64,000 nt of DNA. Source: a virus. Positions 9,552 to 21,510 of the stretch are shown one piece after another. Positions within the stretch are counted from its first letter, which is position 1; every line of letters starts with the position of its first letter. The notes under the pieces were generated by a model that saw only the letters and a program-made list of their open reading frames with translations, searched no databases and had not been told where the DNA came from. Location: positions 1-64,000 of the IMG/VR virus record IMGVR_UViG_3300020472_000018; one strand, 5' to 3'. The translations under genes were made by a program, and so were the position numbers.

Positions 9552-11797
9552 TGATAGAAGAATCAATACTAAAAAGTAATTTTGTTGGAAGAGATGGTTT
9601 CCGATGGTGGATTGGTCAAGTTGCACCAGAAGAAGCTCAAGGTAGTCAGATAAATCAGATTAAAGATGATAAGGAAGATCAATCTGATCCTTGGGGCAAT
9701 AGAATTAAAGTTCGTATTATGGGTTATCATTCTCAAGATCCAGAGATATTGCCTGATAAAGATTTGCCTTGGGCACAAATTTTATTACCATCAACTGCTG
9801 GTTCTGGTGGAGCAGGTATTTTTAGATCAACCAGATTAACACCAGGTGATAGTGTATTTGGATTTTTTCTTGATGGTGATGACGCACAATTACCTGTAAT
9901 ATTAGGAATTTTTGGTAGACCTTCAACAAGTGAACCACTTGGTCCTTATTCAAAACCATTTAAACCATATACTGGATTTACTTCAAAAAATCAACCAAGT
10001 AAATATTTTTTAAATACAGAAGTTGGATCACAAGAAGGTGCTAGATCTACTTCTTTACCATTGGATCTAACTAAAGAATTAGTTGATAAAGTAAACACAG
10101 CTAAACTTAGTTCTTTAGTTGATAAACTTGGTGCAGAATTAGGTGAAATTAAGTTTAATCAGGAAAAGATAATTAGTTCTTTTGATGCTTTAGGTAGCAT
10201 AATTGATACACCTACTGTATCTGATGGAATTTCTGCTATGGAACTTGCTTCCAGAGAAATTAAGACTGAAATGACAAATATGTCTAAGGATTTAAAGGTA
10301 CTAACTGAGAAAATGGATACTGAGACTATTAAATCTCAGTTTGCAGATGTTCTTGGTGGTATTAATACTGAAGCATTTAAATTAAAAACAAAGGAAATAC
10401 AGGGATTTGTAAAAAGTCAAATTGAAGAGAGAAAACTTAATGCAAAGAAGCATATTGAATTATTGGGTGGTGGAATAGCAAAAGATATGATGGGTAAGTT
10501 GCAAGGTGAACTTGCCGAAAAAGCGAACGGTGGATTAAAGAAAACCTATGATGGAGTTTTTGCTGCAGTTTTTGCTGCAACTAAAAAAAGATCAATAGCT
10601 AAAAAGGCAGGTATAGCAGCACAAGCAGCATTTATTAATCCTCTTAAAGATTTTGGTAAGAATGTTCCTTGTCTTTTACAAAATGTTTTAGGTGGACTTG
10701 GGGATGCTATTGGGGGAATAATAGATCAGTTAGTAAATAATGTTACGAATTTTGTGTCTTGTATTATAGATCAAGCAATTGGTGGAATATTGAATCAGAT
10801 AATTGGAGGTCTTACAAAAGGAATTGCACCTTTCATAGGAGGTTTATCCAAAATTTTAGGTGGATTTAGTCCTGGTGATTTCCTTAGAGGTAAAGCTGCT
10901 AATTTAATGTCAATCGCAAGTATGTTTAAATGTAAGCCAGAGACAAAGTTAGGTGCTGAACAAGTTCAACAAAAATTACTTGGAGTTGGACCAATGCAAC
11001 ATCTTGATTCTTTGGTTGATGATATTTTATCTGTTGCTAATACTGCAGATTCTCTAACAGAGGGATTAGTTGGTGCTGTTCAAGGAATATCTGGACTTGG
11101 TGGTGGATTGGGTGTATTTGATTTTATGAATCCAAGTGTATCTGTTCCTGGATTTAAGAGTCCACTTGGTGAGTGTTATAGTGGACCACCTTTAAAATGT
11201 GCTGGAGTAAAACTCAATATTTTTGGTGGTGGAGGATTTGGTGCAAAAGCAGGAGCAATCTTTGGTGATAAAATAGGTACAGGTGTTGAAGCAGTTGGTA
11301 GTCTTATTGGTATAGATTTGACTAGTGGTGGTTCTGGGTATAATGCTGCACCATTTATTGAAATAGTTGATACCTGTAAGCAAGGATATGGTGCAACTGC
11401 TAGAGCAGTAGTTGATTTTGATCCAGATTCACCTACTTATCAGCAAGTTGTTGATGTTATTATTATTACACCTGGTGAAAATTATCCAATTAAAGATGAT
11501 GCAGAACCTGTTGTAGTTGATCATGTAACAATTGTTAATCCTGGAGAGGATTATGATAAAGATGATAAGGTTACTGATAATGCTGGTAATGAATATGAAA
11601 TTATTGTTGATAATTTTGGTAGAATTATTAGGGTAACTCCACCTAATTCTGCAATGGTTAGTGCACCAGAAATAACTGAGTTCCCAGAACTTATAGTTGA
11701 ATCTAAAACTGGATTTGGTGCAATATTAAGAGCACAGTTGAAACCAAGACCTCCTTATCAGGGTGAAGTCAAGCAAGTTATTGACTGTATTAGTTGA
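9551..11797 (+). CDS. gp5: Baseplate hub/central spike gp5 (N-terminal OB-fold; no recognisable lysozyme domain)
   Basis: GFRWWIGQV, RIKVRIMGYH, DLPWAQIL, GDSVFGFFLDGDDAQLPVILG. Confidence 0.85.
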   Translation: MIEESILKSNFVGRDGFRWWIGQVAPEEAQGSQINQIKDDKEDQSDPWGNRIKVRIMGYHSQDPEILPDKDLPWAQILLPSTAGSGGAGIFRSTRLTPGDSVFGFFLDGDDAQLPVILGIFGRPSTSEPLGPYSKPFKPYTGFTSKNQPSKYFLNTEVGSQEGARSTSLPLDLTKELVDKVNTAKLSSLVDKLGAELGEIKFNQEKIISSFDALGSIIDTPTVSDGISAMELASREIKTEMTNMSKDLKVLTEKMDTETIKSQFADVLGGINTEAFKLKTKEIQGFVKSQIEERKLNAKKHIELLGGGIAKDMMGKLQGELAEKANGGLKKTYDGVFAAVFAATKKRSIAKKAGIAAQAAFINPLKDFGKNVPCLLQNVLGGLGDAIGGIIDQLVNNVTNFVSCIIDQAIGGILNQIIGGLTKGIAPFIGGLSKILGGFSPGDFLRGKAANLMSIASMFKCKPETKLGAEQVQQKLLGVGPMQHLDSLVDDILSVANTADSLTEGLVGAVQGISGLGGGLGVFDFMNPSVSVPGFKSPLGECYSGPPLKCAGVKLNIFGGGGFGAKAGAIFGDKIGTGVEAVGSLIGIDLTSGGSGYNAAPFIEIVDTCKQGYGATARAVVDFDPDSPTYQQVVDVIIITPGENYPIKDDAEPVVVDHVTIVNPGEDYDKDDKVTDNAGNEYEIIVDNFGRIIRVTPPNSAMVSAPEITEFPELIVESKTGFGAILRAQLKPRPPYQGEVKQVIDCIS

Positions 11798-11825
11798 AAT
11801 AAATAAAAGGGTAAAGTATTAGAAT

Positions 11826-12353
11826 ATGTCAAAACAACCAAGTTGGCAAAAAAGACAAGTAGATTCTTTTGGAAAATTTAGAATCGAATATGGAAATCCT
11901 TCAAGTAACTTGGGTGGACCTAGTGTCTTTAGCCTTGTTGGAGAGGGAGAAGGTGGAAATGGTAAGTTGGGATTATTAGAGAATGGTAATTTTGATATTA
12001 TGGTTGATCAAACTGTAAGAATCACTGGTGCTGCTAATAATCAAAGACCTGATGGTGGATCTGGAGTTGAAATTGTTTCTAAGGAAGGTGGAATTGATAT
12101 TAATTGCCAGAAAGGAACTCTTAAAATAAATGCAGAGAATATAGAAATTACTTCTGCTTCTAATATAACATTTAAAGCTTTAGGGCAAATTAAACTTGAT
12201 GCAGATCATGTTCATTTTGTGGTTAGGGATTTAGATATAGATCCAGGTCAAAAATTTCAAGGAAATTATAAAAAAGGTGATATTGTTGTTAGGGAAGCTG
12301 GTTATTTGTTTAAAGCATATACTGGAACCGAAGTAGGAGAGTGGGGAACTTAG
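11826..12353 (+). CDS. Probable spike beta-helix protein (gp5 C-terminal-like)
   Basis: Beta-strand repeats GIDINC.KG.LKINAENIEITSASNITFKA.GQIKL; TAAATA at 11800. Confidence 0.5.
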   Translation: MSKQPSWQKRQVDSFGKFRIEYGNPSSNLGGPSVFSLVGEGEGGNGKLGLLENGNFDIMVDQTVRITGAANNQRPDGGSGVEIVSKEGGIDINCQKGTLKINAENIEITSASNITFKALGQIKLDADHVHFVVRDLDIDPGQKFQGNYKKGDIVVREAGYLFKAYTGTEVGEWGT

Positions 12354-15300
12354 ATGACACAGGACACCAATTTTACAGGAATAAATGAAGGTGGGAATCA
12401 TCAGGTAAGTAATGTTGCCGAATTTTATAATGACGTTCATGTTTATGGAAAATTATATGCTGATTTAGTTGGTGGATTATCTGGTGATGGTGATACATTA
12501 ATAGTAACTAATTTAGAAGTTACTAAAAATGCTTTTTTTGGTGGTGATGTAACCATAGAAGGTCTTCTTGATACAGATTATCTTACAGTTTATCAAAGGT
12601 TAGATGTTGGTGCTGGTGGAACAGTTTTTACTGCTATTTCTACAACTAACGGTAGAGATGGATATGGACAAACTGGAGGTCGGGTTGGTATAGGTAGTAC
12701 CCAACCAGATGCTTTGTTCCAAGTGGGTGCAGGTGATACTTCTTTTGTTGTTACTGATTGGGGTAATGTTGGAGTGGGAACTACCATTCCTGGTGGAAAA
12801 TTCCAGGTTGGATTGGAATGTTTAACAGTTACTACTGATCCTTGTAGTGTTGGTATTGCAACTACACAACCACAGGATAAATTCCAAGTTAGTAGTGGAA
12901 CACAAGGTGCTGTTATAAGTGATGCTGGACAAGTTGGTGTAAGAACCTCTATGTTCGAGGGGACAGAAGTCTTTAAAGTAAATTCAACAGATAATTCGTT
13001 TGTTATTACTGATACAGGTAATGTTGGTATAGGAAGTTTAGATCCTACTGCTATTCCTGGTTATGATGCAGCTACAGAAGGTATAATAAAATTAAATGTA
13101 GAAGGAACAGTTAAGATTGATAGAAATCTAATTGATTCTGCTGATTCTCCAGGTGCAAATGGATATTATTTGGCAAGAGATGGGAATGGTATAAGATGGC
13201 AACAAGCATCTCCCGTTTCTTTGGATGGAATGTATGTTCAGGATGAAGGTGCTAATTTACCTACAAATGGAACTGCACAGTTATTCCAGTATTTAAATTT
13301 TGTAGAAATAGAGAGTCAAGGTCTTGGAGTAGATACATTACTTCCAATACCAGATCCAGTAAACCCAACTGCAGTTGCAAAGATTCAAACACAGGCTTTA
13401 TGGGGTCATACTAATTCTACCAATACTTCTCCAATCTATAGGATGACTAAGGTTGGTATTCTTAATAATAATCCTCAAGTAGAATTAGATGTAAGTGGAG
13501 AACTTCATGTTACTCAGGCAGTTGATTTTGATGATACCTTAAATGTTGATGGTGATGTTACTCTTAATGCTAAAGTAGATGTAGATGGATTAGCAACATT
13601 TAATGATACTACTGATGCAAGTAGTACTACAAGTGCATCTGTTCAATTAGATGGTGGACTTGGTGTTCAGAAGAAAGTATATATTGGTGGATCAACAAGG
13701 ATTCAGGATACTACTGATTCTTCATCATGTAATACTGGTGCTTTAGTTGTATCTGGTGGTGTTGGCATAGGTAAAAATCTTCATGTTTGTGGTGAAGCTG
13801 ATTTTGATAAGAGTGTTGTAATAGATGATACAACACAATCTGTAAACTGTACTACTGGTGCTTTAATAGTTAAGGGTGGTGTTGGTATTTCTAAGAATTT
13901 GAATGTTTGTGGTGATGCGGATATTTACAGTACAACACAGTCAACAGATAAGAATAGTGGTGCATTAGTTGTTGAAGGTGGTGTAGGAATTGAGAAGAAT
14001 TTAAATGTAGGTCAGAATACAAAACTTACTGGAACATTAGAATTAGAAAATCAAATAATTGATAAGTTTGATAGTAATGGTGTTGGTATATGTAAAACTG
14101 ATTATAGGTTATCTACTTTTAGTACTGGTGTTGGTGTTGGGGTATCTTGGAGACCTTCTGGAGTTCAAACTAAGAGAACTATTTGGGTTACAAAGAATGG
14201 ATGTGATAGTAATAGTGGATTATTAGAAGGTGATGCAAAAGCAACAATTGCTTCTGCAGCAGCAGTAGCACAGATGGGTGATACTATTAAAGTTCGTTCT
14301 GGTGTTTATTTTGAAGATAATCCAATTGGATTAAATTATGATGTTGCCATTTCTGGTGAGGATTTAAGATTAGTTACTGTTGTTCCAAATAATACTGATA
14401 AAGATATATTCCATGTTAGAAATGGATGTTTAGTAGAAAATATGAGTTTTAAAGGATCTGATGGTGTGTTGACAACTCATCATGGTTTGGCAGCAGTAGC
14501 ATTCCCACCAACAGATAATGCTAAAAAGGCAATTAATGGTTTTATTCAATTAGGTCCATCCAATGAAGGACCTAGTGGTAGATATAAGAGTCCATATGTT
14601 AGAAACTGTACTAACTTTATGACTGGTAGTATTGGTATGAAGATTGATGGTGATCATGTTAATGCTGCATATACTGGAACTAATAACTTAGGTCAGGATA
14701 TTAAGAGTATGGTTTGTGATTCCTTTACTCAATATAATGAAGCAGGTATTGGTGTTTCAATTACTAATAAAGGATATGCTCAGTTAGTTTCTATCTTTAC
14801 TATTGGATGTGAGAAAGCAATTTATGCTGATAGTGGTGGACAATGTGATTTGACAAACTCTAACTCATCTTTTGGTACTTATGGATTAGTTTCTGATGGT
14901 ACGAGTGGTGTAGAATTTGATGGAACTTTAAGTACCAAGATGGAAGCGGAAGCTGATAAGATAGTTGTTACCAACTGCCAAGATCAAAGTAATAATAATA
15001 GGACTCCTTTTGATGGGCAGGGTGCATACTTCCATTTAGATATGAATGATTATCCAGATACCATTTCAACTGCATCAATAACTTCACCAATGCAGATTAT
15101 TAGATCTATTAATGTTGTTAATGGTGGTAATCCTGGTGATTATGCTGCATCTGCACCACCTCTTATTACTGCTACTCTTCCAGATGGTCCAGAATCAATT
15201 ATTGCAGAATTTTCTCCCAATGTAAGTGCTGCTGGAACAATTACATCTGTGGATGTTATTTCTAGTGGTAGAAATTTCTTACCCACACAAAGTATTGTTA

Positions 15301-15746
15301 TAAGTATATCTGGGTCTGGTGCTGCACAATTAACTGCAGATATGGACCCCATTTTATATACTGTTGATGAAGCAACAGAAGTTACTTCTAGTGGTGGAAC
15401 AACAGTAACCTTTAATGAATTTATTCCTTATGAAATAAAATCTACTGCAAAGGTTGAATTTGTAAGATTAAGTAGGATTATAACCAGTTCACATTCATTT
15501 GAATATGTGGGTGCTGGTGTAGACCTAAATACAGCTAACCCATTCCAAGCTGGAAAACCAGTGCCAGAAAATGAAGTTATTGCCATTAATGGTGGTCAAG
15601 TTCCTTTCACAAGTACGGATCAAAAAGGTAACTTTAGAATTGGTGATGGTTTGACTATTGATCAGACAACGTCTACAATACGTGGTAGAGATTTCAATAG
15701 AGCAATACAAGCACAATTAACACCACTGATATTAGCACTTAGATAA
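12354..15746 (+). CDS. Large tail fibre/structural protein
   Basis: GRVGIG/GNVGVG repeats, GALxVxGGVGI repeats, C-terminal beta-helix (SPYVRNCT, SMVCDSFTQ, SHSFEYVG). Confidence 0.7.
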   Translation: MTQDTNFTGINEGGNHQVSNVAEFYNDVHVYGKLYADLVGGLSGDGDTLIVTNLEVTKNAFFGGDVTIEGLLDTDYLTVYQRLDVGAGGTVFTAISTTNGRDGYGQTGGRVGIGSTQPDALFQVGAGDTSFVVTDWGNVGVGTTIPGGKFQVGLECLTVTTDPCSVGIATTQPQDKFQVSSGTQGAVISDAGQVGVRTSMFEGTEVFKVNSTDNSFVITDTGNVGIGSLDPTAIPGYDAATEGIIKLNVEGTVKIDRNLIDSADSPGANGYYLARDGNGIRWQQASPVSLDGMYVQDEGANLPTNGTAQLFQYLNFVEIESQGLGVDTLLPIPDPVNPTAVAKIQTQALWGHTNSTNTSPIYRMTKVGILNNNPQVELDVSGELHVTQAVDFDDTLNVDGDVTLNAKVDVDGLATFNDTTDASSTTSASVQLDGGLGVQKKVYIGGSTRIQDTTDSSSCNTGALVVSGGVGIGKNLHVCGEADFDKSVVIDDTTQSVNCTTGALIVKGGVGISKNLNVCGDADIYSTTQSTDKNSGALVVEGGVGIEKNLNVGQNTKLTGTLELENQIIDKFDSNGVGICKTDYRLSTFSTGVGVGVSWRPSGVQTKRTIWVTKNGCDSNSGLLEGDAKATIASAAAVAQMGDTIKVRSGVYFEDNPIGLNYDVAISGEDLRLVTVVPNNTDKDIFHVRNGCLVENMSFKGSDGVLTTHHGLAAVAFPPTDNAKKAINGFIQLGPSNEGPSGRYKSPYVRNCTNFMTGSIGMKIDGDHVNAAYTGTNNLGQDIKSMVCDSFTQYNEAGIGVSITNKGYAQLVSIFTIGCEKAIYADSGGQCDLTNSNSSFGTYGLVSDGTSGVEFDGTLSTKMEAEADKIVVTNCQDQSNNNRTPFDGQGAYFHLDMNDYPDTISTASITSPMQIIRSINVVNGGNPGDYAASAPPLITATLPDGPESIIAEFSPNVSAAGTITSVDVISSGRNFLPTQSIVISISGSGAAQLTADMDPILYTVDEATEVTSSGGTTVTFNEFIPYEIKSTAKVEFVRLSRIITSSHSFEYVGAGVDLNTANPFQAGKPVPENEVIAINGGQVPFTSTDQKGNFRIGDGLTIDQTTSTIRGRDFNRAIQAQLTPLILALR

Positions 15747-15747
15747 T

Positions 15748-16740
15748 ATGGCAATTGCACCAGTAAATAAGTTTATTAATATTGCTGTTCCTGTTGCACC
15801 AGGAGTACAGAAACTTTATGAGGTTCCTACAGGAACTTCTGCATTATTGTTATATGCACAAGTATCTAATGTTGCTGTTGGAACAACTTATCCTACAACT
15901 ACATTTTGGCAGAGAAGAACGCAGAGAAGTACTGGTAGTACAAGAGATGTAAGAGTAATAAAATCAGCAGAAATACCACCACAGGATGCATTAATAATGG
16001 TGGATGGTAGAATTGTATTAGAAAAAACTCCTTTAGTAGTTGATAGTTTATTCATTAGAGGAACACAACAAGGAGTTGGTATTATTACTGATGTTCAATA
16101 TGATGAACCATCAGGAATTGCTACAGTTCATACTGAGATAAAGCATGGATTTAGTGCTGGTGATCAGATTAGTATGGGTGGTATGTATTTCACTTGTGCT
16201 TCTTATTCTGGTATAACAACTAATATTTTTCCAGATCCTCAGAGATCTTATACTATTGATCAGATTCAAGGTAATGTAGGAACATCAAAAACATTTTCAA
16301 TTGATATTGGTGGTGCTGGTGGAAATGCTCATACCTATAATTCAGCAATACATAGATTTGTTAGAGCAGCTACTGAATGTGTAGAAGTTGTTTCCAGTTC
16401 AAACTATACTGCTGGTGATAAATTTAATGTAAGTAATGCAAGTTATGAAGGATCTACTGGAGAATTAGTTTTAACTTTAGGTGCAAATAATCTTCAAGCA
16501 AATGATACAATAAAAATTGCAGATAATTCTTTAGTATTTACTTGCACTATGGATAATAATTATAGTGAACATTCTTATCCAAGATCAACAGATCCAGCAT
16601 TTAATACTCCATTAACACTTGCTATTGCTATTGCAAATGAATCAATTAGGGTTCAAGTTGGTAAGTCAAGTGCTGGTGGATTTGTTGCTCCATTAGAAAT
16701 GGAGTTAATCGCAAGTATTCTAGAGAATAGTAATGTCTAA
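15748..16740 (+). CDS. Virion structural protein (fibre adaptor candidate)
   Basis: Beta-rich; FTCxxD..H.YPR.TDP cyanophage repeat; overlaps the next gene. Confidence 0.5.
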   Translation: MAIAPVNKFINIAVPVAPGVQKLYEVPTGTSALLLYAQVSNVAVGTTYPTTTFWQRRTQRSTGSTRDVRVIKSAEIPPQDALIMVDGRIVLEKTPLVVDSLFIRGTQQGVGIITDVQYDEPSGIATVHTEIKHGFSAGDQISMGGMYFTCASYSGITTNIFPDPQRSYTIDQIQGNVGTSKTFSIDIGGAGGNAHTYNSAIHRFVRAATECVEVVSSSNYTAGDKFNVSNASYEGSTGELVLTLGANNLQANDTIKIADNSLVFTCTMDNNYSEHSYPRSTDPAFNTPLTLAIAIANESIRVQVGKSSAGGFVAPLEMELIASILENSNV

Positions 16741-18550
16741 GCGATATTTGAGTGGTCGGGTTAAGAGAACCCCACAAGACCAATTAAAAGATGATAGGTA
16801 TAAGTATCTCGGATTAGAACAGGCAGAACCTAATCTTGCAGATCCTGGTACAACACCACCAGTTCCTTCTGGACAGCAATATCAGTTAGTTGCTATTCCT
16901 GCGTTTCCAGGTAAAAGATATTGGGTTCCTGTTGGTGGTGGATTAATTCCAGGTGCTATTAGTGTATATGATGAAGGTATTCTTGTTAGTGCTGCAAGTA
17001 GTATTACCCAACTTAATTTTGTTGGAGCAGCAGTAACTGCTGCAGCAGATCCTCAACATCCTTCAGGGCATCCAGGTATTGCTGCAACTGTAACTGTTAT
17101 ACCTGTTACTATTGGTTCTGATCCTCCAGTTAATCCAAATCATGGAGAGTTATGGTGGGAAGATGATATAGGTGATTTATGTATTTGGTATGATGATGGT
17201 GATAGTAGTCAGTGGGTTACTGTAGTTGCTAGTGGAAATGGAGGAGGTCCTACAGGTCCTGCAGGTCCTCCAGGTGGTCCAGGTGCTCCAGGTGGTGGCG
17301 GTCCTGCTGGTCCTCCAGGTCCTCCAGGTTCAGATGGTCCAGTAGGACCAGGTGGAACAGGACCTACTGGTCCTCCAGGTCCTCCAGGATCAAGTGGTCC
17401 TACAGGTCCAGCAGGTGGTCCTCCAGGTCCCGTAGGTCCTCCAGGTCCAACAGGTACTCCAGGATCTGATGGTGCTGATGGCGATACTGGTCCTCCAGGT
17501 CCTGCTGGTCCTCCAGGTCCCGATGGTCCTACAGGTGGATCAGGTCCTACAGGTGGTCCAGGTCCTACAGGTCCTCCAGGTCCAGATGGTCCTACTGGTC
17601 CTGCTGGTGGTCCTCCAGGTCCCGATGGTCCTCCAGGTCCTCCAGGAACAACAGGTGGATCAGGTCCTCCAGGTCCAGATGGTCCCGCAGGTCCTCCAGG
17701 TCCAGCAGGTGGTCCTCCAGGTCCTGATGGTCCAGATGGTCCCGCAGGTCCTCCAGGTCCCGATGGTCCTCCAGGTCCAGGTGGTCCTCCAGGTGCAGGT
17801 GGTGGTTCTGGTATTCCAACTGGTGCAATTTTAATATGGTCTGGTGCTGCAAATGCTATTCCTTCTGGATGGGTATTATGTGATGGAAATAATAGTACTC
17901 CAAATTTAACAAATAGATTTGTTGTTGGTTCTGGTGCTAGTTACTCAGTTAATGATACTGGTGGTAGTGCTAATTCAGTAGTTGTATCACATAACCACGG
18001 TGCTAATGTTAATATTAGTGGTGGAGGTGCTCATACACACTCATTCTCAGATTCCTTTACTGCATCTGGATCTCACTCTCATAGTTTTTCAGATTCTTTC
18101 TCTGCATCTGGATCTCACTCTCATACTTTCTCTGGATCTAATTCACACAGCCACGGTTTAAATTTAAGCGATTCTGCTCACCAACATACTACTGCAATAC
18201 CTTCTGGATCTCAGGGTATTGATACTGATAGTCATGGTCATGATATGAGCATTTATTCAGGTGCTACCAATTCTTCATCTTGGGGTGCAACTGCTAATGT
18301 TAGTGGTACTGTTTCATCATCCTCAATTTCTGTTTCTGGAAATACAAGTAGTCAAAGTGTAAGTATTTCTGGATCTGTTTCTGGAAATACAAGTAATGAA
18401 AGTGTAAGTATTTCTGGATCTGTTTCTGGAACTACTGGTTCTGGTGGTAGTGGTGTAAGTGGATCAGCAACAATTGATTCTGAAGGTGTTACAGGAACGA
18501 ATAAGAATCTTCCTCCATATTATGCACTATGTTACATCATGAAAACTTAA
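16733..18550 (+). CDS. Collagen-like tail fibre with tail-collar domain and HxH needle
   Basis: ~185-aa Gly-X-Y tract; [11 protein letters not shown]...[21 protein letters not shown] collar; 7 HxH motifs; [14 protein letters not shown] end. Confidence 0.85.
   Translation: MSKRYLSGRVKRTPQDQLKDDRYKYLGLEQAEPNLADPGTTPPVPSGQQYQLVAIPAFPGKRYWVPVGGGLIPGAISVYDEGILVSAASSITQLNFVGAAVTAAADPQHPSGHPGIAATVTVIPVTIGSDPPVNPNHGELWWEDDIGDLCIWYDDGDSSQWVTVVASGNGGGPTGPAGPPGGPGAPGGGGPAGPPGPPGSDGPVGPGGTGPTGPPGPPGSSGPTGPAGGPPGPVGPPGPTGTPGSDGADGDTGPPGPAGPPGPDGPTGGSGPTGGPGPTGPPGPDGPTGPAGGPPGPDGPPGPPGTTGGSGPPGPDGPAGPPGPAGGPPGPDGPDGPAGPPGPDGPPGPGGPPGAGGGSGIPTGAILIWSGAANAIPSGWVLCDGNNSTPNLTNRFVVGSGASYSVNDTGGSANSVVVSHNHGANVNISGGGAHTHSFSDSFTASGSHSHSFSDSFSASGSHSHTFSGSNSHSHGLNLSDSAHQHTTAIPSGSQGIDTDSHGHDMSIYSGATNSSSWGATANVSGTVSSSSISVSGNTSSQSVSISGSVSGNTSNESVSISGSVSGTTGSGGSGVSGSATIDSEGVTGTNKNLPPYYALCYIMKT
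18045..18435 (+). repeat. Tandem 42-nt and 45-nt coding repeats in the fibre needle
   Basis: 2x TCAGATTCYTTYWCTGCATCTGGATCTCACTCTCATA; 2+ copies of TCTGTTTCTGGAAATACAAGTA..AAAGTGTAAGTATTTCTGGA. Confidence 0.8.
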
Positions 18551-18578
18551 AATAAATAAAGAGGTATATTAATATTTA

Positions 18579-20204
18579 ATGTCAGGACATACTCCCAGAA
18601 TTGATTTTCCAGCTAATCCCAATGTAGGAGAAGATTACTCCTATAATAACTCCATTTGGAGATGGGATGGATATGTGTGGAGAAGAATTCCTGATCCTGG
18701 TGCTCCAGGTCCAACAGGTCCTGCAGGTCCTCCTGGTTTTACTGGTCCCACAGGTCCCACAGGTCCCGATGGTCCTGTAGGACCTCCTGGTCCTGCTGGT
18801 GGTCCTCCAGGTCCTCCAGGTAATGATGGAACTCCTGGTCCTCCAGGTGGAGATGGTCCTCCAGGTATTGGTGGTCCTACTGGTCCTCCAGGTAATGATG
18901 GTCCTCCAGGTCCTCCAGGTCCTAATGGTGTTGGAACTCCTGGTCCTCCAGGTAATGATGGTCCCACAGGTCCTACTGGTCCCACAGGTCCTACTGGTCC
19001 TCCTGGTCAAAATCAAGGTCCAGCAGTTACTGAAGTATTTGTAAAACAATATAAGCAAGATGGCGTAGAACGAAGTTGTGAAAGTCCTGTTTTTGTCACT
19101 GGTGGTGATACAATTGGGATTGGATCGACAAGTAATGCTTACGGAAATAGATTTGCTCAAAATGATGATCCAACAACGGCTCCTGGTGGTAGTTGGAATG
19201 TTTGTGATGGAGATTTATGGTATGATTTAGATTCTGGTGCTGGTGGTGGTCCTGGTCCTGCTGGTCCTCCTGGACCTCCTGGTCCTCCTGGTGGTGGACC
19301 TCCTGGACCTCCTGGTCCTCCAGGAAATGATGGTGGTGTTGGTGGAGATGGTCCTCCTGGACCTCCTGGTCCTCCTGGATCTGGTGGATCAGGTGGTGCT
19401 AATGTAACCACTGATGATAATCCACCTAGTAATCCTACTGATGGAGATCTTTGGTGGGATTCGGCTAATGGTCGATTAAATGTATATTATGATGATGTTG
19501 ATAGTTCACAATGGGTTAGTGCTAGTGCTGCAGGAGTTGGACCTGATGGTCCTGCTGGTCCTCCAGGTAATGCTGGTCCCCCAGGTCCTCCAGGATCTGG
19601 TGGTGCAACTGATAAAATAGAAGAAGGTAATACTTCTGTTGAAACTATTGATACTGGTACTAACGGTAAGATTATTTTTGAAACAGAAGGAAGTGATAGG
19701 TGGGAAATTAGTAGTGCTGGTCATCTTCTTCCAGTAGATCATGAAGATTATGATATAGGATCAGCATCTAGAAAGGTAAGACATTTATTCTTATCTGATA
19801 ACAGTATAAAATTTGTTAAGAGTGATAATACAGTTAATTCATTAGGCATATACACAGGCACTGATGCATTAACTTGGACTGGATCATACGGTGCTATGAG
19901 ACTAGGTGGACATATTATCCCTACATCAAATGCAGTATATGATCTAGGTAATGCAGAATATAAGATTAGACATTTATTCTTATCAGATAATAGTTTAAAA
20001 TTCGTAGGTGCTGATGATGTAGTACGTGCGGTTGGTATTACCAATGGCAATTTAACCTATATGGGTAATCAATTATTAACAGTTTCTCTTGATAGTCCTC
20101 AAGCTGGACATATTTTAGAGTATAATGGTACAGTATGGGCGAATAAGGTTAATAGTGGTTCTGCAACATCTCCATTTGAAAGTAATTGGCATATGCCACT
20201 CTAA
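18579..20204 (+). CDS. Collagen-like fibre protein (plug, half-socket and socket motifs)
   Basis: [16 protein letters not shown]-terminus; three Gly-X-Y tracts; GDLWYD and GDLWWDS...SSQWV; duplicated [13 protein letters not shown]. Confidence 0.8.
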   Translation: MSGHTPRIDFPANPNVGEDYSYNNSIWRWDGYVWRRIPDPGAPGPTGPAGPPGFTGPTGPTGPDGPVGPPGPAGGPPGPPGNDGTPGPPGGDGPPGIGGPTGPPGNDGPPGPPGPNGVGTPGPPGNDGPTGPTGPTGPTGPPGQNQGPAVTEVFVKQYKQDGVERSCESPVFVTGGDTIGIGSTSNAYGNRFAQNDDPTTAPGGSWNVCDGDLWYDLDSGAGGGPGPAGPPGPPGPPGGGPPGPPGPPGNDGGVGGDGPPGPPGPPGSGGSGGANVTTDDNPPSNPTDGDLWWDSANGRLNVYYDDVDSSQWVSASAAGVGPDGPAGPPGNAGPPGPPGSGGATDKIEEGNTSVETIDTGTNGKIIFETEGSDRWEISSAGHLLPVDHEDYDIGSASRKVRHLFLSDNSIKFVKSDNTVNSLGIYTGTDALTWTGSYGAMRLGGHIIPTSNAVYDLGNAEYKIRHLFLSDNSLKFVGADDVVRAVGITNGNLTYMGNQLLTVSLDSPQAGHILEYNGTVWANKVNSGSATSPFESNWHMPL

Positions 20205-20228
20205 ATAGTAAACAGGAATTTAAAGATT

Positions 20229-20627
20229 ATGGCAGCAACAATCTATAACGGAGTAATGCAGGGTACGGGAGCAGATCATACACAAACTCTCTATACTAAC
20301 AATACAGGTGGAAATGTTAGATTAATATTTAATTACTTTCAAACTGGTGCAGCAAGTCCTGGAATTTTTCGTATCTATATTGGAACAACAAGTGCTCCTA
20401 CCCATCCTAGTGGTGGTGATCTTGATACAATGGAGCTTAATCCACCTAGTAATACTATATACGGAAAAAATATGATCAATAATCCTATAAATGAAGCAGG
20501 TAATGCTTGGCCTACTGAATTAATGTTAGCTAATAATAATTCCATTTGGGTAAGAATGCCTACACAGATTCATAATTATAATACGGCAATAATTTATAAT
20601 TTTACGGTAGTACCAGAGACTAACTGA
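20229..20627 (+). CDS. Small fibre-tip/cap protein, paralog 1
   Basis: MAATIYNG..YTNNTGGNVRLIFNY..PTELML..FTVVPE; paralog of 21122 and 24708. Confidence 0.6.
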   Translation: MAATIYNGVMQGTGADHTQTLYTNNTGGNVRLIFNYFQTGAASPGIFRIYIGTTSAPTHPSGGDLDTMELNPPSNTIYGKNMINNPINEAGNAWPTELMLANNNSIWVRMPTQIHNYNTAIIYNFTVVPETN

Positions 20628-21097
20628 TGGCAGTAAATTTTCCAAATAGTCCTTCAACTAACGACACCCACACCGAGAATAGTTTAACTTGGAAGTGGGA
20701 TGGGACTACCTGGATTATTCAATCTGTTGCACCTCCTGGTCCTGCTGGTCCTCCAGGTCCTCCTGGTAACGATGGTAATGATGGTAATGATGGTACTCCA
20801 GGATCTGATGGTAACGATGGTACTCCAGGTGGTGCAGGACCTCCTGGTCCTCCTGGTTCTCCAGGACCTCCTGGATCTGGGGGTGGTGCTAGTGTAACTA
20901 CTGATGATACTCCTCCAACTTCACCTAATGATGGTGATCTTTGGTGGGATTCTGAAGAAGGAGTTTTAAATGTGTATTATGAGGATGCTAATAGTTCTCA
21001 ATGGGTTAATGCTTCTGGTAGGGGTAATATAGATCTATCATCTATTAAATCTCCAAATCTTTTATTCCAAAGTCAGAATTGGAATATACCTTTCTAA
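20627..21097 (+). CDS. Short collagen-like fibre/linker protein
   Basis: [15 protein letters not shown], Gly-X-Y tract, GDLWWDS..SSQWV, C-terminal [10 protein letters not shown]. Confidence 0.75.
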   Translation: MAVNFPNSPSTNDTHTENSLTWKWDGTTWIIQSVAPPGPAGPPGPPGNDGNDGNDGTPGSDGNDGTPGGAGPPGPPGSPGPPGSGGGASVTTDDTPPTSPNDGDLWWDSEEGVLNVYYEDANSSQWVNASGRGNIDLSSIKSPNLLFQSQNWNIPF

Positions 21098-21121
21098 ATA
21101 TTAAACAGGGATTATAAAATT

Positions 21122-21508
21122 ATGGCAGCAACAGTACATAACGGATCTATAACACCAGGTAGCACTTATACTTATGTTAATAATACTAATAAAAATGTAA
21201 GGATTGTTATTAATTATCTGTGGTTTGGACAATCTGGTAGTAATCCTTGGCTGTATATTGGAACGGGACAAGGTCAAAATGGTGATGCTACAACAATAGC
21301 TATTGAATTACTTGCTGGACAGGCATATGGAAAACAACTTGGTTTTATTAGAGGTGATGATCATACAGCAATTCAAGCACAAGGTCCACAAGGTTTTCAT
21401 TGTCCTCTAGAGTTTTTTCTAGCTGAAGGAATGCATTTTATTATAGAGATATTAGGTAATCATAATAAAAATACAATGTTTAATTTTGTAGCAATAACTG
21501 AAGATTAA
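21122..21508 (+). CDS. Small fibre-tip/cap protein, paralog 2
   Basis: MAATVHNG..YVNNTNKNVRIVINY..PLEFFL..FVAITE. Confidence 0.6.
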   Translation: MAATVHNGSITPGSTYTYVNNTNKNVRIVINYLWFGQSGSNPWLYIGTGQGQNGDATTIAIELLAGQAYGKQLGFIRGDDHTAIQAQGPQGFHCPLEFFLAEGMHFIIEILGNHNKNTMFNFVAITED

Positions 21509-21510
21509 TA

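Noticed and set aside
9551-11797. Tail lysozyme domain in gp5
   Set aside because: No T4-lysozyme motif recognisable; the middle of the protein is helical/Gly-rich
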